Assembly (NCBI GenBank): GCA_951406725.2
Contig: OX597826.1
Location: 53,878,001-53,942,000, forward strand
Direction of reading: 5' to 3'
Length of the DNA: 64,000 nt
Source: Octopus vulgaris
Taxonomy: Eukaryota
This document shows, in pieces, positions 39,005 through 51,171 of the stretch. Every line of letters begins with the position of its first letter. The first letter of the stretch is position 1. The position numbers were made by a program, and so were the translations under genes. The notes below the pieces were generated by a model. The model was given only the letters and a program-made list of their open reading frames with translations, had not been told where the DNA came from and did not search any database.

Positions 39005-39870
39005 CATGAACAGATGAGAGAGCCTGATCTACAAGGTGATGAAATCGAGGAGGTAAAGGAGTATCTACAGGGGAAATGTACTAAGACATGAAGAATGAAA
39101 TCTCAAAGAAAATAAGAGCAGAATGGCGCACAAACTTTTTCCTCAATCTAATAATTGAATCATTCAATTTGAATTCATTGTTAATCTAAACAAGCATGTC
39201 CCAGGCTTTTGTAGCCAGATCATTTCATATACAATATTTGATGCATGTTTATAGCACACATCAGTTTTCATGTTCAAGTACTGGCATATTGCCTAATAGA
39301 CACAGTAACTAAGGCGGCGAGTTGGCAGAAACATTAGCACGCCGGGTGAAATGCGTAGCCATATTTCGTCTGCCGTTATGTTCTGAGTTCAAATTCCGCC
39401 GATCTCAACTTTGCTTTTCATCCTTTCGGGGTCGATAAATTAAGTACCAGTTACGCACTGGTGTCGATGTAATCGACTTAATACCTTTGTCTGTCCTTGA
39501 TAAAAGATGGGCTCAAGGTGAAGTTGGACAAGACCCTATGTGTCAGTTTCTTCAATAGCACTGTCCTACAAGCATTCTTAAATGTATGTGAGACGCGAGC
39601 TATTTGGAAGCAGGAAGAATATTGATAGGTTCTGACACAAAAGGGCCATGGAAAGATCCATGCTGGAAATATCAATGTGAGAGCATATCTAAAATGAGGC
39701 AATTCAAGAATGAAGCGAAGGGAACAATGTGATCACAGAATATTGAAAGCACAAATTCTTCTTTGTTGGACATTTCACAAGGTTTACAGAAAACAAGAGT
39801 GATAGCCAAGGGATTGGAAAGGCCACCTAGAAGGTTTCCATGAAAATGGGAAGACAATTTACTTCATTAA
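39005..39870 (+). pseudogene. RTE LINE post-RT fossil interrupted by the duplicated block 39123-39499
   Basis: LQGDEIEEVKEY..., KNEISKKIRAEW / IKDGLKVKLDKTLCVSFFNSTVL...CET...AMERSMLEIS. Confidence 0.65.
39123..39499 (+). repeat. Near-identical copy of 42236-42611 (unique flank plus SINE-B)
   Basis: About 190 bp of non-repeat flank plus SINE match almost base for base. Confidence 0.95.
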
Positions 39871-40469
39871 GCAGTTTGGGCCAAAATGAAAAAGAATGAG
39901 GCAATCAAGAAAGAAATGAAAGTGTATTGTCATTGGGTGTATAACAATATCCAGTAGTATGGTTGATACTAGAGATATGGATGGTACTAAAGATAGCAGC
40001 CAAATCTTAATCAAAGCATACCAGACTATTTTAAAGTGTGTATTGAATAATGTGATCCTGGGTTATCGGCATATAGAAAGACAAAAGAAAAAAAAAAGAT
40101 GGTCACAGCTGGAGTGCCTTTGATTATAGTTCCACTTGTTTGGAATTGATTTAAAGTTAAAAAATAACAAACTGTGGAAATAACAAGATGGTCACAGCTG
40201 GAATGCCTTTGATCATATGCTTGCCCATTTTGGGGTTGAGCTACAACTAAACAACAGTAAGTAGTAAGTATATTTCTTGGCAGGAAACTCCGAAATTATG
40301 TTATCTATGATATTGAAACTATTCACTACTACAACTAATGCTGCTGCTTCTACTACTGCTACTGCTACTACAACTACTACCACTACAACTACTGCAACCA
40401 CTACCATGACCATGACCACCATGACCACCACAGCTGCTATATATATACATATATATATATGTATGAATG

Positions 40470-40692
40470 AATGTGTGTGTGTGTGTGTGTGTGTATATGT
40501 TTGTCTCCCTAACATCGCTTGACAACCGATGGTGGTGTGTTTACATCCCTGTAACTCAGCAGTTCGGCAAAACAGACCGATAGAATAAGTACTAGGCTTA
40601 CAAAGAATAAGTCTTGGGGTCGATTTGCTCGACTAAAGGCAGTGCTCCAGCATGGCTGCAGTCAAATGACTGAAACAAGTAAAAGAGTAAAA
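40470..40692 (+). mobile_element. SINE-A 3' half
   Basis: aacatcgcttgacaaccgat...gactgaaacaagtaaaagag. Confidence 0.85.
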
Positions 40693-41084
40693 GGGAATAT
40701 TTCAACTGTGTGATCTTTTACCTTTTCTTTATCACTTCGTTGCAGTTTAAAATGTTTTCATCTCTTATTTCATTCTATTATCTCATGAAAATCTCTCTTC
40801 CTAATCACATATTTCTAAATTTGTGCATTGTTTTTTTGCAGGGTTCGTTTTCGGTCTAAATGGTGTTTTCTACTACATTATAATACAGGATGTTAAGATC
40901 TCGCGAGATACTGACGCTATCATTTTCAATAACTCATTCATTTCCTCTTTATATTCAAACCTTCCTCTTTTCCCTGTCCACTAGTTTTGGACTGAACCTT
41001 TGCAGCATGATTTAGACAATACTGTCAAGACACCAACACCTCCCTTTAAGTCATTTCAGTTTTGATGATGATGATGATGATGAG

Positions 41085-41277
41085 AGGAGGAGGAGGAGGA
41101 GGAGAAGGAGAAGAAGAAGAAGAAGAAGAAGAAGAAGGAGAAAAAGAAGAAGAAGAAAAGAAGAAGGAGAAGAAGAAGAAGAAGAAGAAGAAGAAGAAGA
41201 AGAAGAAGAAGAAGAAGAAGAAGAAGAAGAAGAAGAAGAAGAAGAAGAAGAAGAAGAAGAAAAGAAGAAGAAGAGGA
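41085..41277. repeat. (GAA)n polypurine tract
   Basis: Directly visible. Confidence 0.95.
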
Positions 41278-41664
41278 GACATACACACAGTCAGACAGAA
41301 AGTTAGAGTGAGATCAAGAAGACAAGTAAAGAGAAGAATGTTAAAAGTTAACTAACCCAATTAGAAAGGATTACGTGCAGTAATCATGAATATACAGGCA
41401 CGAGTTTGATTAGATTTAATTAATACACAAGACACAGGCATAGTTGTGTGGTTAAGAAGTTTTTCTTCCCAACCACATGGCTCCAGATTCAGTCCCACTG
41501 CATAGTACTTGGATCAGTGTCTTCTACTATAGACCCTGCCACCACCACTACCACCACCAGGCTAACCAAAGCTTTGTGAGTGAATTTCACAGACAGGAAT
41601 TAAAAGAAGCCCATTATATCATCATCATCATCATCATCATCATTTAATGTCCGTTTTCCTTCTT

Positions 41665-42210
41665 GGGATACAAAACTCTACTTGCGAAGACCTGTTGAGG
41701 CAAGTGATAATCAAAATCAAAATCAAAATCGATCAACATCAATGGAAATTGTAGCTGCGATACCAGTGCCGGTGACCATCTTGTAAGAGAACCATCTGAA
41801 CATGGCCGTTGCCAGCGCCGCCCCGACTGGCCTCCGTGCCGGTGGCACGTAAAAAGCACCATCCAATCGTGACCGTCTGCCAGCCTTGTCTGGCACCTGT
41901 GCCGGTGGCACGTAAAAAGCACCCACTACACTCACGGAGTGGTTGGCATTAGGAAGGGTATCCAGCCGTAGAAACATTGCCAGATCAGACTGGGCCTGGT
42001 GCAGCTTTCTGGCTTCCCAGACCCCAGTTGAACCATCCAACCCATGTTAGCATGGAAAGCAGACGCTAAACGATGATGATGATGATTTCTATGCTGGGAT
42101 GGGTTGGATGGTTTGACTGAAAACTGGTAAGTCGGAGAGCTGCACCAGGTTCCAGTTTGATTTAGCATGGTTTCTATGGCTGGAAGCCCTTCCTAATACC
42201 AACCACTTTA
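41665..42210. mobile_element. Two RTE 3'UTR copies tail-to-tail (+ 41665-42085; - 42085-42210)
   Basis: A shared (GAT)n tract lies between the opposed tails. Confidence 0.75.
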
Positions 42211-42424
42211 CATTTTAAAAAATCATTATTTTAACATGGCGCACAAACTTTTTCCTGAATCTAATAATTGAATCATTCAATTTGAATTCATTGTTAATCT
42301 AAACAAGCATGTCCCAGACTTTTGTAGCCAGATCATTTCATATACAATATTTGATGCATGTTTATAGCACTCATCAGTTTTCATGTTCAAATACTGGCAT
42401 ATTGCCTAATAGACACAGTAACTA

Positions 42425-42655
42425 AGGCGGCGAGTTGGCAGAAACATTAGCACGCCGGGTGAAATGCGTAGCCGTATTTCGTCTGCCGTTATGTTCTGAG
42501 TTCAAATTCCGCCGAGGTCGACTTTGCTTTTCATCCTTTCGGGGTCGATAAATTAAGTACCAGTTACGCACTGGTGCCGATGTAATCAACATAATACCTT
42601 TGTCTGTCTTGTTTGTCCCCTCTGTGTTTAGCCCCTTGTGGGTAGTAAAGGAATA
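42425..42655 (+). mobile_element. SINE family B with target-site duplication
   Basis: agacacagtaac occurs on both sides. Confidence 0.9.
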
Positions 42656-42699
42656 TAACAGACACAGTAACCGACTCAATTGAAAATATTTTGATGTTG

Positions 42700-43060
42700 T
42701 CTTGGAAAATGAAGTTCAGCCCCACTGTGTGACACATCAACCGAGTATCTTTTATCATAACCCCCAGATCAACAAAATCCTTTGTGAGTAGATTTGTGAG
42801 GCAGAAACTGAAAGAAACTCGTCATGTGTGTGTGTTTGTGTGTGTGTTGTATTTTACTACCAACATTGCTTGACAACAGGTATTGATTTGTCTATGTCTC
42901 TGTAACTTAGCAGTTCAACAAAAGAGTCTGATAGAATAAGTAGCAGACTTGATAAAACTAAGTACTACATTTGATTTGTTTGACTAAGCCCTCCAAGGTT
43001 GTGCCCCCCAGCATGACCGCAGTCCAGTGACTGAAACAAGCAAAAGATAAAAGATAATAA
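42700..43060 (+). mobile_element. SINE family A, degenerate
   Basis: Core and tail recognisable. Confidence 0.75.
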
Positions 43061-43379
43061 AAGTTATACTCCGTTTCTAGCTTATAATAAATTGCTTCCT
43101 TAGATTTAGAACAAAGTATTTATCATTGTGTTCCCTTGTTAAACTAATCAGTTTACATTCCCTTGTTTCTAAGTACTGTACTTGTCTAACAATCGGTATT
43201 TATTTGTATAAAGCACCAGCTACATATCCTACTTATGTGGTGTATCCCACCTTAAGGTGTTAGCTTCAAAACACTCTTAGTAGTTTTCTACTTTCCATAT
43301 CTAAGCCATTTGATTCACTTAACCTCCAGTTAAACTCTAGCTTATAACTAAGACAGTTTGTGCTTTTGTACCTTTTACC

Positions 43380-43762
43380 CAGTGCTGGATTAACCATTAA
43401 TCAAAATAAACACGTGTTTAGGGCATCAAGGGAAGCAGGGGTATGACAGAAATGGTAAATGGTTTACTGCACAAAAGAAATCACTTTAAACTTGCTAAAA
43501 TAATATTCAAAGTGGTTTATATGATTGGAAGTAAAATTACTAAGTGTTCATGGTATCATAGTGAGGATCTCATCAAAGACTTTGCAATTAAAAAAAAAGT
43601 AGGAGAAAACTTTTCAAATATAAATAAAGTGGAAGTATACAAAAATAAGAACATTATTTTCTAAATTTCCTGTTAGTTTTGTTTCGTTTTGTAAAACATA
43701 TATCTGGGGGCACCAAAATCTTTTAAGTGCTTAGGGCCCCTAAGGGTCTTAACATGGCCCTG
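43380..43762. mobile_element. hAT-type MITE
   Basis: Perfect 8-bp target-site duplication CTTTTACC; termini cagtgctggattaa / ttaacatggccctg. Confidence 0.9.
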
Positions 43763-43780
43763 CTTTTACCTCACTTCTTA

Positions 43781-44010
43781 TTTCTTTATTAACCACAAGG
43801 GGCTAAACATAGAGGGGACAAACAATAACAGACAATGGGATTAAGTCGATTATATCAACCCCAGTGCATAACTGGTACTTAATTTATCGACCCCAAAAGG
43901 ATGAAAGGCAAAGTTGACCATGGCGGAATTTGAACTCAGAACATAACGGCAGACAAAATACTGCTAAGTATTTCACCCTGTGTGCTAACGTTTCTGCCAG
44001 CTCGCCACCT
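43781..44010 (-). mobile_element. SINE family B
   Basis: Complete; flanks acctca(c/t)ttct. Confidence 0.9.
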
Positions 44011-44048
44011 CATTTCTAGCACTGAATTTACATTTAAAATTTAGCCTT

Positions 44049-44365
44049 CATGATGACAATGCACCCCATCACTGAGTTTTCCTCACTCGTGAGTTTCTTG
44101 CCAAAAATAACATGGTATTGCTTCTGCACCTGCCCTATTCATCAGATCTAATACCCGAAGACTTCTAACTCTTTCCCAAGACGAAAATGCAGTTCAAAGG
44201 TCGCTATTTTAACACCATTGTTGAGATCCAGAGCAAAATGCAGATGGTCCTTGGCTCGCTTACGGAAAGCCACTTCCAGGCCGGATTCCAAAAGCGGCAG
44301 GAATGCTGGAACTGGTGTATTGCTGCAGAAAGTGACTATTTCAAAGATGATGTTAAAACTTAGGT
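44049..44365 (+). pseudogene. Mariner transposase catalytic (DD34D) C-terminal fossil
   Basis: HDDNAPHH*...HLPYSSDLIPEDF*LFPKTK...KGRYF...FQKRQECWNWCIAAESDYF corresponds to the HDNA / YSPDLAP.DF motifs. Confidence 0.9.
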
Positions 44366-44429
44366 AAATACGTTATTTTTTTTTTATTAAACATAAGTAA
44401 CACTGATTGTAATATCACATCCACAACAA

Positions 44430-44720
44430 CTGTGCATATCAACCCAGTTCATAAAATTATGAAAAAGAGAGATGACAATACGTACCCCTGCTGAGGTCCA
44501 ACACCCACATTGAAAGTTTTCAGTTAAGTACCATTTACTCAAACACAAACATCTGGGTATTTTTATAGAGACTTCACAGCAACCAAAAGTTACTCATTAG
44601 TCCCAAGCTCCTGCAAAACCCACTACAGCATGTCATGTGATACATGGTTGTATGCCTTTTCAAGGTCTACAAAGCAAGCATATACCTCTGTGCAATATTC
44701 ACATGAATTTACAAAAACAA
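44430..44720 (-). pseudogene. LINE reverse transcriptase fragment (RTE-like)
   Basis: VYACFVDLEKAYNHVSHDML*WVLQELG...VKSLY...GVGPQQGYVLSSLFF, corresponding to the RT motifs FVDLEKAFD and G.RQGC.LSP.LF. Confidence 0.85.
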
Positions 44721-44859
44721 GTGGCAGAAATGGGTTCCTTTGATGGGATTGTGGTGTAACATTACTCAACAGTATGCACAGCTTGGAGGTCAGGGAGTCT
44801 CAACAGGTCAAGCTGTTACATCTTCACATTGAGAAGTTACATATCTGGTATTGACTCTC

Positions 44860-45148
44860 TTTTTCTCTCTTCTTTTTATTTATTTTATCTAGTTTCAGCT
44901 CACGAGCTGTGGCCATGCTGGGGCACCGCCATTTGGTGTTGCTACATGATTTTACTTCACGAATGCTTTTTAGCAATTGCCATTTGGTGCATGAGAGAGT
45001 TCGATGCAGCTACCCTCATCTGCACCTCCTGCCATGAAGTTGGTTCATCTGGGACACCTGACAGGAAGAGATCCAGTTTTATTTTAAAGACATCTGCATC
45101 CACCCCATGCAGGTGTCTCAGGTTCTTCGGGAGGATATTGAAGAGCTG
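44860..45148 (-). pseudogene. CR1-group LINE 3' end with tail shared with SINE-A
   Basis: QLFNILPKNLRHLHGVDADVFKIKLDLFLSGVPDEPT...RVAASNSLMHQ...*, followed by ggcggtgccccagcatggccacagctcgtgagctgaaactagataaaa. Confidence 0.8.
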
Positions 45149-45151
45149 ACT

Positions 45152-45315
45152 GTTGCAAGATGGTTAAATAACATCTATAGTCTCAGCTGGTCATGTCTGG
45201 GAAGCCAGCTGGAAAAGTTAAATGCAGTTGCTTCTGATAAGACTCAATGGATGAGGTGCCTGAGGACTCTACTCCATGACCCTTCCAGCAATGGTAAATG
45301 GAGAAGATGGATGCA
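45152..45315 (+). pseudogene. RTE (Rex3/Expander-like) C-terminal fossil
   Basis: ARWLNNIYSLSWSCLGSQLEKLNAVASDKTQWMRCLRTLLHDP, then gaagatggatg tail. Confidence 0.6.
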
Positions 45316-45349
45316 TAGCAGCAGTAGTAATAATCTAATTAGACTTAAA

Positions 45350-45665
45350 CATCATCATCATTTAACGTCTGTTTTCCATGCTAGCATGGGTTGGATGGTT
45401 CGACCGGGGTCTAGGAAGCCAGGAGGCTGCACCAAGCTCCAGTCTGATCTGGCAGTGTTTCTACAGCTGGATGCCCTTCCTAATGCCAACCACTCCGTGA
45501 GTGTAGTGGATGTTTTTTACGTGCCACCGGCACAGGGGCCAGAGGAGGCTGGCAACGGCCACAATCGGTTGGTGCTTTTTACATGCCACCAGCATGGAAG
45601 CCAGCCAAGGCAGCGCTGGCATCAGCCATGTTTGGATGGTGCTTTTTACATGCCACCGGCACAGG
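45350..45665 (-). mobile_element. RTE LINE 3'UTR copy
   Basis: (CAT)n plus a body matching 19412-19660. Confidence 0.8.
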
Positions 45666-45819
45666 TAGTGCATACAAACTTATCATGCACTGACAAAGTC
45701 CACATTGCCAACTCAACTACAGCAATTAGCAGGACCTGCTGGCATATAAGATGACATTTGGTAGTAAAGAGAGTAGAATATTTCCATTCATACACCCAAC
45801 AGGATTACCTAGTACATAC

Positions 45820-46036
45820 CATGTAATGAGAGAGCCCCTACATGGTCATACAGCTTACTAGAAATAACAACCAAATCTCCTTTAAATCACACACTACCAT
45901 TCTTGAAACAGGACACATTAGATACTGAATGTAATCCTGAGTTCCTTGCATATAGGGAAAATATGAGATGGTCACAGATGGAATGCCTTTGATCATAAGT
46001 CTACTCAATCAAGATGGCCTGGAGTTGAACAACAAC
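45820..46036 (+). mobile_element. Old retroposon 3' tail family (also 39960-40255, 4110-4190)
   Basis: Recurrent gatggtcacagctggaatgcctttgatcat...aacaacaac. Confidence 0.55.
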
Positions 46037-46339
46037 TTATCATACATTGATATGAGCAATGTAGTCCCCAACTTGATGGGGGATAACTGAAATAATTAAT
46101 TGTTGTTTGTACCTAGTAATTTATGACCTTTTGATCATGGTTTGGCTAAGATTATATGACATTAACAGCTGGAGATACTAGGTGAGACTGAATGAGACAT
46201 TTAAAAACAAAAAATCATTCTCAACACCTTGAAGTTGGAGTTATGTCCCAGCAGTTAGAAACCTTCCAGGCATTAGAAGAAATTTACATTTTACTTCATA
46301 TACAACTCTTGAAAGTATAATAATTCTTCCTATTCCTCT

Positions 46340-46690
46340 TTCAATTGTTTCTGTCATTGGACTGTGGCCATGCTGGAGCATAGCCTTGAACAAATTGCCC
46401 CCAGCACATATTTTTTAAAGCCTGGTACTTATTCCCTCAGTACAGTATCTTTTGCCAAACTACTAAGTTATATGGATGTAAACAGACCAACACCAGTTGC
46501 CAAGTGGTGGTGACAGGGAACACACACACACACACACACACACACATACGGGCTTCGACAGTTTCTATCTAGGAAATTCACTCATAAGGCATTGGTCAGC
46601 CCAGGATTTTAGTACAAGACACTTGCACAAAATGCTGTGTAAGAAGGACTAAAATCTTAAAACTTCTTAACTACACAGACATGCTTGCAT
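46340..46690 (-). mobile_element. SINE family A, degenerate
   Basis: Reverse-complement match to family A. Confidence 0.75.
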
Positions 46691-46818
46691 CTATAAAAAA
46701 AAATCTCAAGGAATGCTTTATCCTGGAGTCAAACCTGGACTGACTGCTAAGAAGGCAACCACGCTAATCACTATATCAACACCTTGAACAGATAAAGTTT
46801 AATATAACATGAACTAAC

Positions 46819-46902
46819 CTTTATCATGTGATAATTGAAACCGATGTGGTGACAGATAAGGATATTAAAACAGTAAATATTCAATAAGATTTGATAAGTT
46901 TC
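46819..46902 (-). other. Candidate 84-nt exon
   Basis: T-rich tract...catagcAG|gaaact...ataaag|GTtagt; frame 0 is open. Confidence 0.15.
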
Positions 46903-47602
46903 CTGCTATGTAGTATGCAAATATCAATAAAAAAAAAAAAACTTTCAAAAGCGAAATATTTTATGGAATCTTATTTTCATAATAAACGGAAGACACCTGT
47001 TGAAAGTGGGGGGAAAAAATAAAACGCTTAATGATTTAAAAACTCTTTTAAAAAGAATTCTCAGTAGTAAATAAAAATGTCGAAATAACTGTATTTATGT
47101 ACTATAAATAGACATTTCTTTCCAGCCTGGTTCTCTGAGAATGGGGGGGAAGAAAAAAAAATTAATTTTAATTTGATTTCTCATCTGACATGTAATCCAA
47201 ATTAGACTGAGCTCATACTGCTAGAAAATTGATTTTTGCTTTCATGCTGAAGATTCATTTCCTATCAACGGTAAAGCACACAATAATTATTTACTGATAT
47301 TTATATTATGAGATGAGAAAATGTCTACATATTATATTTAAAGCCAACCAAAATAATAGAAAATCACGTTTGTTGTTGGTGGTGGCAGTGGTGGTAGTTT
47401 TGGTGTTGTTGTTACTATTACTATTATTATTATTATTATTATTTTGTTTCTCTGTAGTTCAACTGACTTCCATTGAAATTTCAGTGAATTGATTTAATTA
47501 AATGTCAGGATAAATTAGTTCAGTGATTCTATACTTAGCTGTTATGACAAATCGCAATGTCTAACGGATTCCCTTTACAAAAAGTCCATACACTTCACTT
47601 AC

Positions 47603-47634
47603 GCAATCCTTCTATACGTTCCTTTAAAAACTGT
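47603..47634 (-). CDS. Candidate 32-nt micro-exon (QFLKERIEGL or TVFKGTYRRI)
   Basis: catttcAG|acagtttttaaaggaacgtatagaaggattgc|GTAAGT; two open frames. Confidence 0.25.
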
Positions 47635-47915
47635 CTGAAATGTTGGATAGTTCATCATATCCTCCTACATTCACACAATAATATCTAAATGTCAAGAAGG
47701 CAAGCTGGCAGAAATGTTAGCATGCCAGGCGAAATGCTTAGCGGCATTTCGTCTGCCTTTATGTTTCTGAGTTCAAATTCCGCCAAGGTTGACTTTGCTT
47801 TCATCCAGTTGCATATTGGGGTCAAACTAATCGATTGACCCCTACCCCAAAAATTAGAAAAGAATATCTAAATGTCAAGATGTGCCATCCAGTATTTCTC
47901 AAAAAGTTGATTTAA

Positions 47916-48079
47916 GGTGCAAGAGTAGCTGTGTGATAAGTAGCATGCTTACAACCACATGGTTCCGGGCTCAGTCCCACTGCATGGCACCTTGGGCAAG
48001 TGTCTTCTACTATAGCCTCGGGCCGACCAATGCCTTGTGAGTGGATTTGGTAGATGGAAACTGAAAGAAGCCCGTCGTA

Positions 48080-48116
<37 letters not shown>

Positions 48117-48211
48117 AAATATTAGGGAATAAATCCAAACTTACAGGGAAAAACCAGATTTAGGATTAAATCCAATTTGCCTAATAGTGGTTTTATCTCT
48201 AATTTAATATA

Positions 48212-48267
<56 letters not shown>

Positions 48268-48480
48268 TTGTGTGTCTGTGTTTGTTCCCCCAACATCGCT
48301 TGACAACCAATGCTGATGTCTTTACGTCTCCATCACATAGCGGTTCAGCAAGAGAGACCAATAGAATAAGTACTAGGCTTACAAAGAATAAGTCCTGGGA
48401 TCGATTTGCTCGACTAAAGGCAGTGCTCTAGCATGGCCACAGTTAAATGACTGAAACAAATAAAAGAATAAAAGAAAGAA
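47916..48480 (+). mobile_element. SINE family A with a ~100-bp insertion in its (TA)n tract
   Basis: Full head and tail; foreign segment at 48113-48213. Confidence 0.9.
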
Positions 48481-48709
48481 TAACTGACAACAGCATCTCC
48501 ATCACTCATCTAACTACATGTTCTTCAAGCAGAAGTCAACCCTTAGGAAACAATTCCATATAATAGTCAAAATATTAAATTGTTAAATTGCAGTGAGCTG
48601 GCAGAATCATTATCATGCCAAACGAAATGCTTAGGGGTATTTCATTCATCTTTACGTCAGAAGGCAGCAAGCTGGCAGAATCATTAACTAGCACACTAAA
48701 CAAAATGCT

Positions 48710-49111
48710 TACTCTTTTACTCTTTTACTTGTTTCAGTCATTTGATTGCGGCCATGCTGGAGCACTGCCTTTAGTCGAGCAAATCGACCCCGGGACTTAT
48801 TCTTTGTATGCCCAGTACTTATTCTATCGGTCTCTTTTGCTGAACCGCTAAGTGACGGGGACGTAAACACACCAGCATCGGTTGTCAAGCAATGCTAGGG
48901 GGACAAACACAGACACACAAACACACATGTATATATATATATATATATATATATACGACAGGCTTCTTTCAGTTTCCGTCTACCAAATCCACTCATAAGG
49001 CATTGGTTGACCCGGGGCTATAGCAGAAGACACTTGCCCAAGATGCCACGCAGTGGGACTGAACCCGGAACCATGTGGTTGGTTAGCAAGCTACTTACCA
49101 CACAGCCACTC
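48710..49111 (-). mobile_element. Young SINE family A nested in a SINE-B
   Basis: CpG-intact reverse copy; the host SINE-B resumes at cttagcaacatttcatctg. Confidence 0.9.
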
Positions 49112-49290
49112 CTTAGCAACATTTCATCTGTTTTTATGTTCTGAGTTCAATAAAATAAGTTCCAGTTAAGAATTGGGGTTGATGTAATCAATTTACTCTC
49201 TTTCCCCGAAATTGCTGACCTTGTGCCAAAATTTGAAACAAATATTAAATTGTTAAATCATGAAATATTTTGTCACTCAGAATCAATATA

Positions 49291-49710
49291 TAGGTGCAGG
49301 CATGGCTGTTTGGTTAAGAAGTTTGCTTTGCATCCATGTGATTTCAGGTTCAATCCCATTGTGCAGCACTTTTGTGAGTGAATTTTGTGATGGAAACTGT
49401 GTGGAAGCCCATCATATATATTTCTTTATTGCCCACAAGGGGCTAAACATAGAGGGGACAAACAAGAATAGATAAAAGGGTTTAAGTTGATTACATCGAC
49501 CCCAGTGCGAAACTGGTACTTTATTTATCGACCCCGAAAGGATGAAAGGCAAAGTCGACCTCGGCGGAATTTGAACTCCCATCATATATGTATGCATGTG
49601 TATTTTCGTGTTTGTTACCTATACCATTTGGCAACTGGTGTTGGTTTGTTTGTATCCCATAACTTAGCAGTTTGGCGATGGCAAGACCAAGAGGATAAGA
49701 CTGGATTTTC
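49291..49710 (+). mobile_element. SINE-A interrupted by antisense SINE-B (49422-49577)
   Basis: cccatcatatat is duplicated around the insertion. Confidence 0.8.
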
Positions 49711-51171
49711 CTAAAGAAATGGCAGAACACTGTTTACCTTGTTTTGTTTAGTTTTTCATCGTCTAGTGCTGGAGAGTCAATTTTTATTTTGATTTAGGAA
49801 GGAGTAACTTGTCAATAAGTATCTATAAGACTAATGGTGCATCAGAAACACCAGTACTAAATATAGTAGCAATGGATAAACAACTGAGTATCGGCACAAT
49901 TTTCATCTACCAAAATTCATTCAGAAGATATTGTTTGTTGGTCTGAGCCTATGATAGAAAATACCAGCCCAAGGTGTTGCATAATGGAATTGAACCAAAA
50001 TCAATATGGTAGTGAAGCAAATCTCCAAACCACACAGCCATGCCTGCACCAACATTGTTGATACTAAATTTATTTACATAGTAAAAGAGCATTGGTGATG
50101 GCGCCATGTACAAAGTATTGGTGCTGGTGCCATGTACAAAACATTGGTGATGGTACCATATAAAAAGCACCCAGTACACTCAGTAAAATGGTTGGCAATG
50201 GGAAGGGTATCCAAGCCAAAACAGACTATGGAATCTGTTGTGGCCCCCTAGTCTTGCTAGCTCCTATCAAACCATCCAACCCATGCCGGCATGGAAAATG
50301 GAAGTTAATTGATGATGACGCCGACAACAATGAAGATGATGACGACGACAATGATGATGATGATGATGATGACAACAATGATAATGATGACGACGACAAT
50401 GATGATGATGACGACAACGACGACTATACTCATTTTCACTAATTTCTATAAAAAAGAAGAAAGCATTAGCTCGAATGACTTTTAGTATAAAGAATGTTAC
50501 CAGAAAGTTGTTAGCCTCATTATCTACAAGAAGCATGAAGAGATCATCAATCTTGTTTACAAGATGATCTGCATTTTTATATAAACAATTAGGTCATTTG
50601 GGATTTCTAGACTTATTAAGATTTTTGGAGGCTCATTTTCTATCTCAATTATCATCAATTACTGATGTTGTTGAGAGTACATTAGAGTACATTTGCACTG
50701 CTTTGCATTTGATGAATTTCATTGAGTCTAGTTTCATTTTAATAATCCACATGCTTTCTACATCATGTTGCTCTCAGTTTCTTCTCTGTTCTTTGACCAT
50801 TCCTCTCTCTCTCTCTCTCTCTAAGATGTTTCTTTCTCTGTATTGCCTATCATGTTATCTTTTATATAAACTACTGTTTTCCATGATGGCATGTGTTGGA
50901 TAACTTGACAGGATCTGATGGACCTCAGGATTGTGTCAGGCACCAGCGCCTATGTCTGTGGTGGCATAGTTCCTACAGCTGAATACTCTTCCTAATGCCA
51001 ACCATTTTACAGCATATAATGGGTACTTTTTGCATAACGCTGACACTAGCAATGCCACCAAGTAACTTGCAGGACAAAGAAAAAGAAACAAAAAAACCTC
51101 ACCTGAAGTTGAGAGAGGTTATTTATGCTAGGTGTTGAAAGGCTAAAGTATGATAGAAAGACATCCACAAT

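Larger units (their letters stand above)
38196..39557. repeat. 212-bp near-perfect inverted repeat (38196-38407 / 39346-39557)
   Basis: About 4 mismatches by eye; includes the SINE-B/RTE junction. Confidence 0.95.

Noticed and set aside
45107-45754. Longest ORF in the track (215 aa) as a gene
   Set aside because: Chance read-through across three adjacent retroelement fragments in mixed orientation.
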